From: the human T2T-CHM13v2.0 reference genome, Homo sapiens
Direction: 5' to 3' (one strand)
NCBI RefSeq assembly: GCF_009914755.1
Contig: NC_060930.1
Length of the DNA stretch: 64,000 bases
Position numbers and translations under genes: made by a program. Shown here one piece after another: positions 12,480-26,129 of the stretch. The notes below the pieces were generated by a model that was not told the DNA's origin, searched no databases, and saw only the letters and a program-made list of their open reading frames with translations. Each line of letters begins with the position of its first letter. Within the stretch, counting starts at the first letter, position 1.

Positions 12480-13270
12480 TTGGAGACTTTCATTTACATG
12501 ACCGCGGCCGCAGTCTCTCCCAGCTTAGCATTTTCTGCCCAGGGACGACTCACGGTGCGCAGGTCTCCCACCCACCGCAGGCAACCCCTTCCCCCGAGGG
12601 GCGCAGGAGGGCCGGGACGCTGCTCCCCGGGAGCCCGCCCTATCTGGGGAGCGTTTTCGGATGCTGACCGGGAGCGACTGTGAGGAGGCAACGTGACCTC
12701 CGTGTTGCACAGGGCAGCTCGGCCGGGTGCCCACCCGCCCAGGTACCCAGCGGCCCGCTCAGCCCCTCGCCCAGGTACCTCGTCCTGGTCGCGGCCCCCG
12801 CCGCACTGCTTGCAGCCCAGCAGCCCCGAGACCGCCAAAGGGGCCGTGTACGCCTCGTTCGCGGCGGCGGCCAAGCGCATGTCGGCGCGGGGACGGCTGC
12901 GGACGCGCGGAGGCGGCGAGCGCTGGGCAGCCGGCCGCGGCTCCTGGCTGCAGCGCCTCAGTCAGCACGGACGGCGGGGGGCGGGGCGGCGCCGACAAAC
13001 AAGCCGCGCGGCCCCGCCCCGCGCCCGTCATTTCACCGCCCTGGCGGCCACGCAAGCCAATGCGGGCTCGCGTCCCCGCAAAGCACCGCCCCTCCGGCGC
13101 GGAGGCTGGGAACTGGCGGTCTGACGCGGCGAGGTGAAAAATCACCTTGGGGGCCCAGGTTCCCCACGAACAGCTAATTCTCAGGTACGGAATGGGCTCT
13201 GGAGGGCCGCGAGGTGAGCGTGCACTGTCAGGAAGGTGCAGCACGAGTCTTCGGGCTTCAGGGACAGGGG
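12480..13270 (-). promoter_or_regulatory. SESN1: CpG island / TATA-less internal promoter of SESN1 (T2)
   Basis: Very high GC and CpG density against an AT-rich background; GC boxes at about 12976-12990 and 13012-13020; CCAAT at about 13056-13061; CRE half-site TGACG at 13122. Confidence 0.92.
12779..12880 (-). CDS. SESN1: Sestrin-1, first coding exon of T2-type isoform (aa 1-34, [10 protein letters not shown]...GRDQDE)
   Basis: ATG in gccgacATG context at 12880 inside the CpG island; 102 nt; donor GAG|GTACCT; translation matches the recalled sestrin-1 N-terminus and splices in frame to 5763. Confidence 0.95.
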
Positions 13271-15042
13271 AATCTGCCCCCTACACCCCTGCTCGGCCAT
13301 TTACCTAGAACCAAACAGCAGCCAACCTCGAGACTGATTCTGACAGCACCAGGAGTAATGAAGTTCTCTAAATTCGATAAACTATTGAAATTTCCCTTCT
13401 TCCTTTCCCATAATGCCCAAACGACGCTGAATCGGCAGCAGAATGCAGGACTTTGGCCTATAATCAATGCAAAATTCATTTTGCTAAGCTACGTAAAAGC
13501 TATAAATATCACTCCCCTACACAGATAATAAACCTTGGTAGCCTATCTCTGAATCGTCTTTTTTCCTCTCAAGTATATTCGAAGGCTTTACAATTTCTAA
13601 TATTCCTTCATAAGCGCCCTCCCTGGGTTATAAAGACAGAATTTCAATCTCTGAAATCGGATGAGGAACTTGGGAAAATACAGGTTACAAAGGAGAAAAA
13701 CAACTGACATTGTTGGGCCCAGAACCCAGATCCCTCCAGTCCTGTGTCAGTACTATTTCTTTACATAACTCTATTCTCTCTCTTTAAAAGAAACAAATTC
13801 CTAAATTAGATCTCTTTTTGCATGTTTATGCTGTTTTCAAAGCTTAAGTGCTCAGGTTAAAAAACAAAAAAAGTTGGAACATTCTGACAAGGAAACAAGT
13901 GGAATTTATAGCAGTAGTTATGGCCACAGAACAGGACTCATAAATGAAAATAAGTTTCAGTCTTAGAAGTGACGCTACCGTGTCTCAGTGAAAACTAAGT
14001 TACTCTTTTAGCTCTTCAACTATCATGTTTAAAGTGGCATGTCAAAATGGTTACTTTTTATTTATCTCCTAATAAATAAGATAAATGATATATGTTCTCT
14101 ATACTGCTTTTAAAAAATAGCTAATGCACCCAAAATATTTTTTACTGGTCAAAAGAAGCAATATTGAGTTAATGTCGATATAGAAGAAAAGGCTACAGAG
14201 GCTTCCAAGCTCTCATCCACTGAGCACAGCCACAAAAACAAACAGTACAATCAAATGCCCACTCAGCCGTAAGCAAATACAAAAACAAAACAAACCCAGT
14301 ACATCATGCAATTTGCAGCAATATGACATACCCTGCAAGATAAACTGGTTGTAAATGAATGAGTTGGACACATAAATGCACTTGATGTATGGGATTGTGA
14401 GCTGCAAAAGCTAGTTAGGTAGAAGTATGTGAAAAATGATGACTCTGGTTCTAGAAGAGTTGAGGTATGATTTTATTTCTGAAGGAATCACAGTTTTAGT
14501 TGTCTAGTAGGGCATAATCTTAGTTATGACATTTGTAAAATGAAGAATGCTTATCTTTCCATTTTCTAATGAGAGGCAAGGGAAAAGCATGCATTCAGTT
14601 AAATCAAAAGTGGCTTAAAATAAGTAAATGCAAGTGAAAACTGCTAACTGCATGCATATAGTAGGCTGATACTTAGTGCTTGATAAATATTTATTGAAGA
14701 AATATTTCAGATATACTGAAATTGTATAGGAAGCTCCAATTAGGATTCCTTTTTCCCCCAGATAGTTTCAAATTATTATTTAATGCTGCCTTATGTGAAA
14801 AGAAAAATAATTTTAATTTAATATTCTAATTTAGTGGTTTATGGAGAACCTTCAAGCCATTAAATGTCAAGATTCCTTTATGGTCTCTATAAAGACTGAC
14901 CTAAATTCCTCAAAGAGTACTAATTTCTTGTTCTCTGCTATAGAGCACTAGAGTGAATTAGTCACTCTATTCTCCAACATAAAAAGGTTGCCTCCAAATA
15001 AATTTACAGTAACCAAGAGTTCCAACAAATGTATTTTTAAAA

Positions 15043-15347
15043 TTTTTTTTCTTTTTTTTTTTTTTTGAGACAGAGTCTCGCTCTGTCAGCCAGGATGAGT
15101 GCAGTGGCATTATCACAGTTCACTGCAGCCTTGACCTCCAGGGCTCAAGTGATCCTCCCACCTCAGCCTCCTGAGTAGCTGGCACTACAGGCAGAGGCCA
15201 CCACACCCGGCTACTTTTTAAATTTTTTGTAGAGATAGGGTCTCATTATGTTGTCTAGGCTGGTCTCAAATTCCTGGACTCAAGCAATTTTCCCGCCTTT
15301 GCCTCCCAAAGTGCTGGGATTACAGGTGTGAGCCACCACACCCAGCC
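15043..15347 (-). mobile_element. AluJ-like
   Basis: Full dimer; TSD caa(c/t)aaatgtatt. Confidence 0.93.
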
Positions 15348-15663
15348 CAATAAATGTATTAATTAACCTGCATCTATCATTGTGCAGATTTAACTTTTGA
15401 AATGTTTTGTTTCAAACAATTCAATAAAAAGTATTTTCCAAGGATTTCGAAGGTAGGCCTGATGTTCTGAAGGTGCTGCTCCTCTCAACCTCTAGGGCTG
15501 AGCACATACAGGCATGCGATAAACATCTGCTGAAAAGATGAACATCCTGAACACAGAACAGTGATTACAAAGGGCTGTGTTTTTGATATTTACCACAGGT
15601 TGTCAGTACAGGCCAGAGCTACCTTACAAAGTCTGCTATTTAAACATTTAATTTTGATATTTC

Positions 15664-15736
15664 TTTTTTTTTTTTTTTTGAGACGGAGTCTCGCTCTGTC
15701 GCCCAGGCTGGAGTGCAGTGGTACGAACTTGGCTCA
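15664..15736 (-). mobile_element. Severely 5'-truncated Alu (tail plus about 57 nt)
   Basis: Poly-T then gagacggagtctcgctctgtcgcccaggctggagtgcagtgg, then an abrupt end. Confidence 0.9.
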
Positions 15737-16251
15737 GGAAGAATCCTGACATTTAATCCAAGAAGTAATAGTAATTCTGAAATATTTCCTTTCTTTTAAA
15801 AAGATTTTGGTCAACTTACTCAACTGTATCAAAGTGAGGTTCATTGCCTCTACATCTGTCCTTAGCAGTAATGCACTCAGCCTTATTTTTCTGAAGAGCA
15901 AGCTGATAATCTATGTAAAAGCAGAGTGGTGTCAAATGACTTGATTTTAACAGAGAACTATGAAATATTAGGGGACTCTGCACTTGGAATGGTGGTTCAA
16001 GATAGGCTTCCTGAAGGAAAAAGACACCTGAGCTACAGCTTAGAGTATTAGTAGAGAGGCCTTGGAAAGAAAATTTGGGGGAGAGTTTGGGAGAATAGAC
16101 ACAGAGTTCTAAGTAAAAGATCTAGCATATGCAGAGGCCCAGAAAAAGGAAAGAGTGATCCATTAGGGAAGCAGAATACAGGAAGCTCAATGGGTCTGGA
16201 AAAGAGGGTAAGGAGAGTAACGGAAGGAGTTTAGGTAAAAGATAAGCAGTA

Positions 16252-16561
<310 letters not shown>

Positions 16562-19500
16562 TCATTAAAGAATACGGATTTCATTCTTAAGGGTACTGTG
16601 GAGTTACTGAAAGTTGTAAACTGTAGAGTGACATCAGATTTGCATGTCAGCTAAGGTTTGGAAAAATATATTGCAAGGGGCAAAACTAGGGGCAAGGAGA
16701 TGAGTTAGGCTGCTGAGGCAATCTTGGCAAGGCAAGAGGGCAGTCTTCGGAACAATGGGAAGGGAGAGAAGTGTAGAAGATGACAGTGGATTCTGTCTCT
16801 CCAGTATGGTAGTTAAGTTCCTTGAGGGAGGCAATCATGCCTCAAACTCTTGGTTTTGAAATTTAGGAGATAAATCTCAGATTATCTGCTCTCCTGACCA
16901 AGTGGCTTCCCTGAGCGCATTAGGTCTTTAAAAAGTATAATCAATTCATGACAAGGAATAGATATATTTTAGTAGAAAAAGCAGTAATTAGGTTAAAAGG
17001 CATAATCATACTTTTATGGACCACATGTTAAACCCTGTACTATAGATTTGCACATCTCCTCATTGGAATCAGAATTATACTTAATGCAGTAATTGGTTAG
17101 AAAACATACAGTAATGGTTTTAGCCATTAAACCAAAGAACTCCTTTAAGAGTGGGAGTGGGATTTGTTACATTTATGTGGTTTAAGCATTCTTGAAAAAT
17201 CCCCTATTGTCATTTAAAACGTTTCATTTAGAACAAATGCTGGTTTATAAGACTACTTCTGCTTACTAATTTTGTCTAGATTTTTCTCCTCCAGCTCATA
17301 TCTTCCTGTTTTTATCTACATAGCTTGTCTGCTAAGCACTTTTTCCCTTTTCAACATCATGTTTTGGGTACATTAAGATCCTTTTAGCACTGAACTTTAA
17401 ACTGATCCTCTTATTTGCTCTATACTTTTTTTTTTTTTCAGTTCTTCAATTTTTAGAATTATATCACTTTAAAGGAGCAAGAATGTTGACAAGTCTTTGG
17501 TATTTTCCTCTCATTTAGAGTTTCCTCTTTTAGAAATGTAGTGTTTTAACTTTCTACATAGCTGTTTAGAAATATGAGGCATCACCAATATTTGTAAATA
17601 AGTAGTATTCCAAGAAGTGTCAGTGGTTTTAAATTTAAAAGTTGCTTTTACCCCAAAATCAATGTGTTAAATAACGGTCAGGTTTTCTAGGCTGATAATA
17701 ATAAGACCAGTAATTTGTTAACTCCTGTGTATCAGACACAACACTTTACATGTATAAAGCAGATGTAATTATTTTTATTTTACAAATTTGTGACATAGAA
17801 ACTAAAAGTATGGGCAACTTGACCAAAGTTATAAAACTTGTAAAATTCAGCCTGGAATTAGAACTCAGGTCTGTCAGAATCCAAAGCAGCAGTCACTATA
17901 TGAGGTTGCTGCATTTACCGAATATATATTTACAATTTTGATAACTGTGTATTCACCTAAGTTCTTGATTCTGGAGGCAAGAAAAGAGGGTAGAAAGACA
18001 GAAAAATTTATCTCCCTTGCTTTTACTCAGGGTGAGTTTTTTTGTTTGTTTGTTTTGTTTTGTTTTGTTTTTAAGAAATCATGGAATGGGTGATCTTGGG
18101 CTTTGAGAGCTTCTCTCCTCCATATTTCTGTCACTCCTCTCAGTGTCTCTTTCTGGGCCTTTGGTGGCCTCATGCCACCCAAAGCCTGTTCACTACATAT
18201 CTCATCTGAATCTACCCAACCTCCTACATGTTCCTCACATGACCCCCGTTTCTCAAAAAGTGGTACGTTTTAGGAAGAAAGCTGGCTTCTCAAACAAATC
18301 ACACTAATTTTGTAAGTTACTGATACCTCCTATTTATTTATTTAGTTTGTCTCAATAGGATATAAGCTTCATAAAATCAGAATGTCTGTATTTTTGGTTT
18401 ACTGCTATATTTCCAATGTCCTAGTGCCCTGCACACAGGAGACCCTCAAAAATTATGTATCGAATGAACTCTGAAGAGATGTTTCCATTAAAAAATTGTT
18501 TAAGCTTAACTGAAAGCCTAATAATGAATTTCAAGTTCACTATTCAGGTAAACATTTTTGAGGCTTAGGGGCCACAAAACCTGCCTGTTTATAGGCAGGC
18601 AGGCTGACTCTGTGAGGGAATTAGCTTCTACTGGGTTCAGCTCTGCTAAGCAATCTGTCTTTCAGAATCTCTCCACTTCTCCTTGGAACTCATAGATACC
18701 CAAGCTCCTTTGATTTTTTCTTTGATATTTCTGTGACTGCTCTCCTGCACTACCAGGCTAGCAGCTATACAGGGTCTGACAAGAGCATGTATGGATCACT
18801 TGTTAAGTCAGGCATGTACTTACAAGTCAGACACTGCCTGTGTCTGACAAGATACCATTGTTTGACAAGATTCAGAAACACTTTGTAACCAAGTTTGGCT
18901 TTAAATAATCCTTAGGTCTATCCAAGGTGAAGTGATAGAAAAGAAAGTGTCTGTTGAGATATAAAAATTAAGTGGGAGAATTCATTCAGACATATTACAA
19001 TGTTTAGAGGCTACTTTTCAGCATCATCACTGAGTTAAATAAGAAGGAATGGGTTTAATTTGGAATACTATGAGGTCTATGAAAAAGGTGAATGTGAGGG
19101 GGAAATGGACGGTTAGGACTTTAAGCCATATGTTGCTAGGCGCTACTGAAGGTTTTAAAGAAGGAGAAGGAAATATACAAACTCAAAAAAGGCAACAAAA
19201 GATACTAAATATATGCAAGTAGAAAATATTTCTCAGACTGAATATACTCTGTGTTGTATAATTTTTCTAACAGTTTTTTGAGGGGCTAGATTTCATTTGT
19301 ACCTAAACAATGTGAACACATGAAATTCTCATAGTGCTTCTATTTGTGCACAGGCCAAGAACTGGTTTAGTATGTAACCTATAATTTTAAATACGAGGAA
19401 TTAGCCAGGCATAATATTAAAAATTATCCATTCAAAATAGATTAAAACCAAACCTAATATCTTTAACTTATCCTGAACCCACAGACTTAATGGAACTGAA

Positions 19501-20699
19501 CTAATCCCATTTAACCATAGGATTTTTACCCGTGGTTAAAATGTTTGGGCTAAATGCATATTAATGAGTCATTAGCTTAATCATGACAGAATTTTAAATG
19601 CTTTGTTTATACTAACGGTAATTTTTATTCAAAGAAACAAACCAATGACAATATTCTAAAGTTTTAAAATCCAGTTGTTTTTGTTTATAACAGCTATCCT
19701 GCCTTCCCTATCCATGCCTCCCCACCCTATGATTATTACTACCAAGTGGTGAATAGAATTCTGCAATATGTGCTTTTCTTGCACAGTTCAAAGAACCCCT
19801 ACTCAGTTCCTTTTTGATAATCTTTAGTTGTAGGTCCTATAATCCTTTAAACCACCTTCTTTTTCTGCCTTCTTCAGAGGTCTCTTGCTTTCCAAGAGGG
19901 TATTAAGTTGTAGATTCTTAACCTGAGCACAAGTACAAAGCCAAATCTGGAGACTACTTGTAGGTTATTATGTATTTTAAAAATAAAATGCTGTTCACTG
20001 AACTTTCCTGTCTGTTCTTCTGCCCTCCCAAATTCTCACTCTGTGGGCCATTTTCCCCTTTACCCAAAGGGTATAGATACATTTAGGGGACTATAGTTCA
20101 TCAAATAAAAATGTTTATATTTGCTTATCCATTCTAGCTTTCTGTTTTGCCAAAACATACTCTCAAACAATAAAAGATATAATACCACTTAAAAATGTAT
20201 GCTTTTTACAGGAATTCAGATTTGAATGGAATTCAAGATCATTTTGCTTGTAGTAATAGAGAATATGATTTTCTTAATTTTTGCATTTTTATTTTCTGGC
20301 AAATAACTCAGAAATACTAAAATAGTATTTTATTCAGATGATATAAATTGGAGAGGGTAACACTCTTAATTTGTTATGAGTCTAATTTTTAAAATATATG
20401 TTTGTATAAGTTTACATTGGTAAAATAATGCTATTATTTTATATATTTTATATTTTATATGCTTTCAGTTATAGACCAGACCCAGGACAGGCTAAATGAA
20501 AGTTATATTGTGAAGGTGAATTTCGTCTATAATTCAATAGACAAACATGAACTGTTGTAGTTCCCACAGCTTTTTCTCTTTAAGGCTCTATTTGGCATTG
20601 AGCCTTAAAATAATGCTATTATTTTACCAATTAACAGAAAACTTGATACTATGTAACCATTTAGCATTCAATCATTCATTATTTGTAAATATTTACTAA

Positions 20700-21003
<304 letters not shown>

Positions 21004-21302
21004 CAAATATATGCATTTCTTAAATCATATGAACAAGCAGAAATCTCTTAATTCGAGATTGGGATTTAAAGTTAGACTTAACCACTTACATAAATCATAC
21101 AGATTAGCAGATAGCTTGGGATTCTGTTAGGAAGCATTAAATAGAGGGTCATCTAGTTTACTACCTTTGCAAAGAAAAAATAAAAAGCCTGAAAACCTCT
21201 CTAGTTGTAATCCCTTTAAATTTGAAATGAAGGGCAATTGAACTTAATGATCTCTCAAACTTTATTTCAGCTCTAAAGTTCTAATCTTTTAATATAATTC
21301 CT

Positions 21303-21455
21303 GGCGAGGCACAGTGGCTCAATGCCTGTAATCTCAGCACTTTGGGAGGCTGAGGTGGGAAGATCATTTGAGGCCAGGAGTTTGAGACTAGCCTGGGCAA
21401 CATGGCGAGAACCCTGTCTCTTTCTATAGAACAATAATAAGAAGAAGAAATAGCA
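21303..21455 (+). mobile_element. FLAM (free left Alu monomer)
   Basis: Single left arm plus A-rich tail; TSD aatataattcctg. Confidence 0.85.
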
Positions 21456-22212
21456 AAAATATAATTCCTGATTTTATCCAGAGTTCTATGCTTTCAGCTA
21501 ACTAGAACCTGGCCCCTTCCTGCTCTGGACTTCCTTGTATATTATCAGTGGTTTTCAAATTATATTTCTTAAAATCCATTCCTTACACATACTTTAGAGA
21601 TATTATAAAATATTAGATTTGAACTTTGTTTTTCAAAGTAACCTACAAATGTATATCAACATTAAATTCAATGGAGACTGCCAAAACAACAATTTGTTGC
21701 CAGTAATAATTCAGTTATTAAATAATGTCTCTCCCACCATCTGTGTGAGCACATTTGAACATTCTTGTAAATGTATAAATGTGTCAGTGATTAGGAGGGG
21801 TATAGTTTATGTGTTCTAGTCTTTTAAAAAATTAATGCGTGTCTACATCAGCTGAAGTAAAACTATAATAGTGAGTGAACTGCTACAGCAAGTGGATATT
21901 TTGCTTTAAAGATGCCAGGAGAGGCTCAGGCACATTTGCTTGGTACGTGCTCCTGAAAGGGTGTAACTGTCAATTTTGTAATGTTGAAGGAACAGATTGC
22001 ACATCCCATCATGATTCCTTAGTTTTTAGTGGATATTGTACATTTTGGTGCTTATTGTTTTAACTTTTATGTTTATAATAAAGAATGCAAGTAGTTGTTT
22101 GAAATCATTTTTTTCACTTTTTTGTTCAAGCTTCTGGATCAGTTTAACTGCAGCGTATCTTGAGAATGCAAGGTGAACTATTTAAAAAGTTTTCACTCAA
22201 AACCATTTATCT

Positions 22213-22281
22213 AAGTCTATAATTTCAGGGATGACTTCTATAGTTCATTACTAGAGAAGTTTCTCTGAACATGTAGAGCAC
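22213..22281 (+). pseudogene. U3 snoRNA 3'-truncated pseudogene (U3 nt 1-69)
   Basis: aagtctataatttcagggatgacttctatagttcattactagagaagtttctctgaacatgtagagcac aligns without gaps to the recalled human U3 5' end (61/69). Confidence 0.92.
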
Positions 22282-22608
22282 GATAAAAAATGAAAGTATA
22301 AAGATATTTTCAAAAACCCACAAAAGCACTTACCTGTGTGAATCAGATTTTCTTGATATTATGCATATAAGAAAATATAGAAATACTGCAACCATCATTC
22401 ATAACCCCTTAATTTCAAATTTTCTGAAAATATAAAATATAAAATAGCCCCACTGTTTTCACTAATTGATTTGATAATGAATTTTCTTATTTGAACTTAA
22501 ATAATTCATTGATAAAACACTTTTACAGTTTTAGATACTATATACATCAGAATTCTAGTAATATTGTTTTATTAAAGACTAAGCTGACAAAGAAATTAAA
22601 ACATTTTT

Positions 22609-22643
22609 TACACACACACACAAACACACACACAGACACACAC
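22609..22643. repeat. Imperfect (CA)n microsatellite
   Basis: Direct reading. Confidence 0.9.
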
Positions 22644-24419
22644 CCCTCATGATCTGTATCCTGGAACTCACACTAGGTTTGGAGGATCCAAGCTAGTCTG
22701 TGGCTCTCTACATCACTCACCCAAGACTTGGGTCAGGCTTTAAGGTTCAGAGAATGCTCCAATAATTTCAACTGGTTCCAGCAGAGTGCTGGGGGAATCT
22801 AGTTCAAAGTCTTATTCTCATTAATGCCAAATAGAGCCTTAAAGAGAAAAAGCTGTTGGAACTACAACAGTTCATGTTTCTCTACTGAATTATAGACCAA
22901 ACTCACCTTCACAATGTAAATTTCATTTAGCCTGTCCTGGGTCTAGTCTATAACCTAAAGCATTATCAGTCCTTTCAGCCCTCTTCAAGAAAACATAAAT
23001 AAAGTCACTCTTATCCTTTAGTGACACACATGCCAGTATGAGCAAGAATAGTCTTTATCCTAAATCATAAAAATTTGACCTAATAACTATTTTCATATTA
23101 CATTTCAATTGAAAAAAATTAAGTAGTTTGGATTTGTTCTTATTAACAAAGATATTATTGATATCCAGATAATTTTTAGTATAACAGGCAGGTTTTAAAA
23201 TAATGCATTTGCTTTCTACAATTAGAACTTGCTTTATGTCAATAAATTCAACTTTCAAGTATTCAATTAGATTTTAAAAATTAAACTACAGTACTTTAGT
23301 TTGTAGATCATAAATACGCATTAAAATGTCACAATCTTCAAATATTGCACACTAAATTTATACATAAGTGGGTTTTAAAAAATCTAAACTTCAAAAGATG
23401 CCAGAAAAAAGTATGTGGATCAGGTGAAAGAGCAAAGCAGAGTCAAAAGCAGCAGGATGCAGTTCAAATAGGTCACACTCAACTTTTAACTTTCCCTAAG
23501 AACAAAAACACAAACTTAGCAACAGCTTTTAGCCAATCACAAAGCAGACAAACAGGTAAGGACTCAACTGCTCCAGATACCGGTGAGGCCTAAGCTTCTT
23601 CTTTTTTTCTTTTTTTTATGTATTGTCACAAGAGAAAACAACAAATTATAAAACAGGATATATTGTCCTAGGTTAAAAGTAACTGATAAAATCTTCTCAC
23701 CAACTCTTGGCAAAATAGATTAGATTTTAGTATTGTAGTGATTATTTGTTTCATCTTTATTATGCCAGATACTGTATACATCAAGTTACCATTAAAATAA
23801 TAGTGTATTTTTAGTTAAAAAAAATTTTGTGGGAAATATTCTTTCTTGCTGTGGGTAGAAAATAAAGGTAGAAATATCCAGTGAAATGCTACAGGCCAAA
23901 TCCAAAAATATAAAATACTAGTAAAAACAACCATACCACAAATACAACTTTCAAAACAAATGCAGGATCAAGCAAACTGAACAAATTGCACAGTGCAATT
24001 CTATACAATTTTTTCCTCTTTATTTCTATCACTCAATACATATCCTTCTCCTTGGAGAGAAGAAGGTTTTCAGAGGATTTAGAAGGGATTTTCAAGAGTT
24101 ACAGATTTCATCACTGTTATATTTAGCACAGACCTCAGATTTGCTCAAACTGACAGAGCATTACCTGCAATATAGACACAAAAACACTGTGAAACAATAG
24201 TTAACAGTTTTCTTCATTTTGCTTCAGTTTGCCAAATTTATATTCTAAAGCAGTTTCCAATATTTTCTGTGACTATCATCATGAACAACACTTCTTTTCT
24301 CTTCAAATACTACTTAAACCATTTGATGGTTGTAGTTCCCTAAAAAAGGAATTAAAGTAGAACAGTTTGCTTTGTCATTATCATTAATAATCTCCTTCAC
24401 CCACCATTTTAGGAGACAC

Positions 24420-24701
24420 TTTATTTTCTTTTTTAGAGATAGGATTTTGCTCTGTTACCCAGGCAGTAATGGGGTGATCATGGCTCACAGCAGCCTCGAA
24501 CTCTTGGGCTCAAGTGGTTCTCCCACCTCAGCCTCCTGAGTAGGTAGGACTACAGGCATGCCACCATGACTGTCTTAATATTTTGACATTTTTGTACAGA
24601 TGGGGTCTTGTTATGTTGCCCAGGCTACATGGACTCAAGTGAACTCCCGCCTCAGCCTCCAAAAGTGTTGGGATTACAGGTGTGAGCCACCTTGCCGAGC
24701 C
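24420..24701 (-). mobile_element. AluJ-like
   Basis: Diverged dimer. Confidence 0.9.
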
Positions 24702-24814
24702 CACCATGTACTTTAAAACAAAGGAGGTTTGCTAATAACATTGTAGGATGCTGTAAAATAAGTGTATAGATGTGTATTTCCCCCAATATTTCATTGTTTT
24801 CCATACAACCCTAG

Positions 24815-25154
<340 letters not shown>

Positions 25155-25827
25155 CTCATCCTTCTCCTTTATCTTCAGTTGTCACAGATAAATAAGCTAT
25201 GTTGAATCAGAAAAAAAGGTAGTTTAATATATCATTTGGGGAAGAAACATCAATTCTGTATCAATCTCATGTTTTTGGGGGGACTTTTAAACCCTAATAA
25301 TTCAGAACAGTATCCATCCAAATATTACTGAAAGTTTCATTAATACACATATACTATATCTAAAGGATTGGTTAAATTTATAAAAATTTATATATGTGGA
25401 TATACTAGTCTTATTTATTCATCATTCAGTCAACCAGTGTTAATTAAGCACCTACTATGTGCCAGGCATTTTTTTTTTTCCTTCCCAGTATATATTTTTT
25501 GAGAACAACATCCATATCTTCTTCCTTTCTCCTTTCTTCTTTTAATTTCCTATAGAGATGCACCCATTTGAAGTCCTTTTACTCCTAACGGGGCACCTGG
25601 ACTGAGGAATGAAGAATGCCTTAAGCTACAAAGGCATGTAATGCTGAAAAGCTAATTGTTATTGTAGCAGTTAGGTAAATGAATGCCAATTGATGGACAG
25701 CTTTTAAACTAGTAACTCAGATTTTTAATCTAAGATATGATTCCAGAAGCAGGGCAATGCTATACTAGTTTCGATTTGATATTAATAGAATATCTAAAAC
25801 ATATGTATGCATCAGGCATTGTTCTAA

Positions 25828-26129
<302 letters not shown>

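Noticed and set aside
12444-13528. Stacked ORFs on both strands, 70-165 aa
   Set aside because: CpG-island stop depletion; only 12779-12880 matches sestrin-1. Many start at GTG/TTG.
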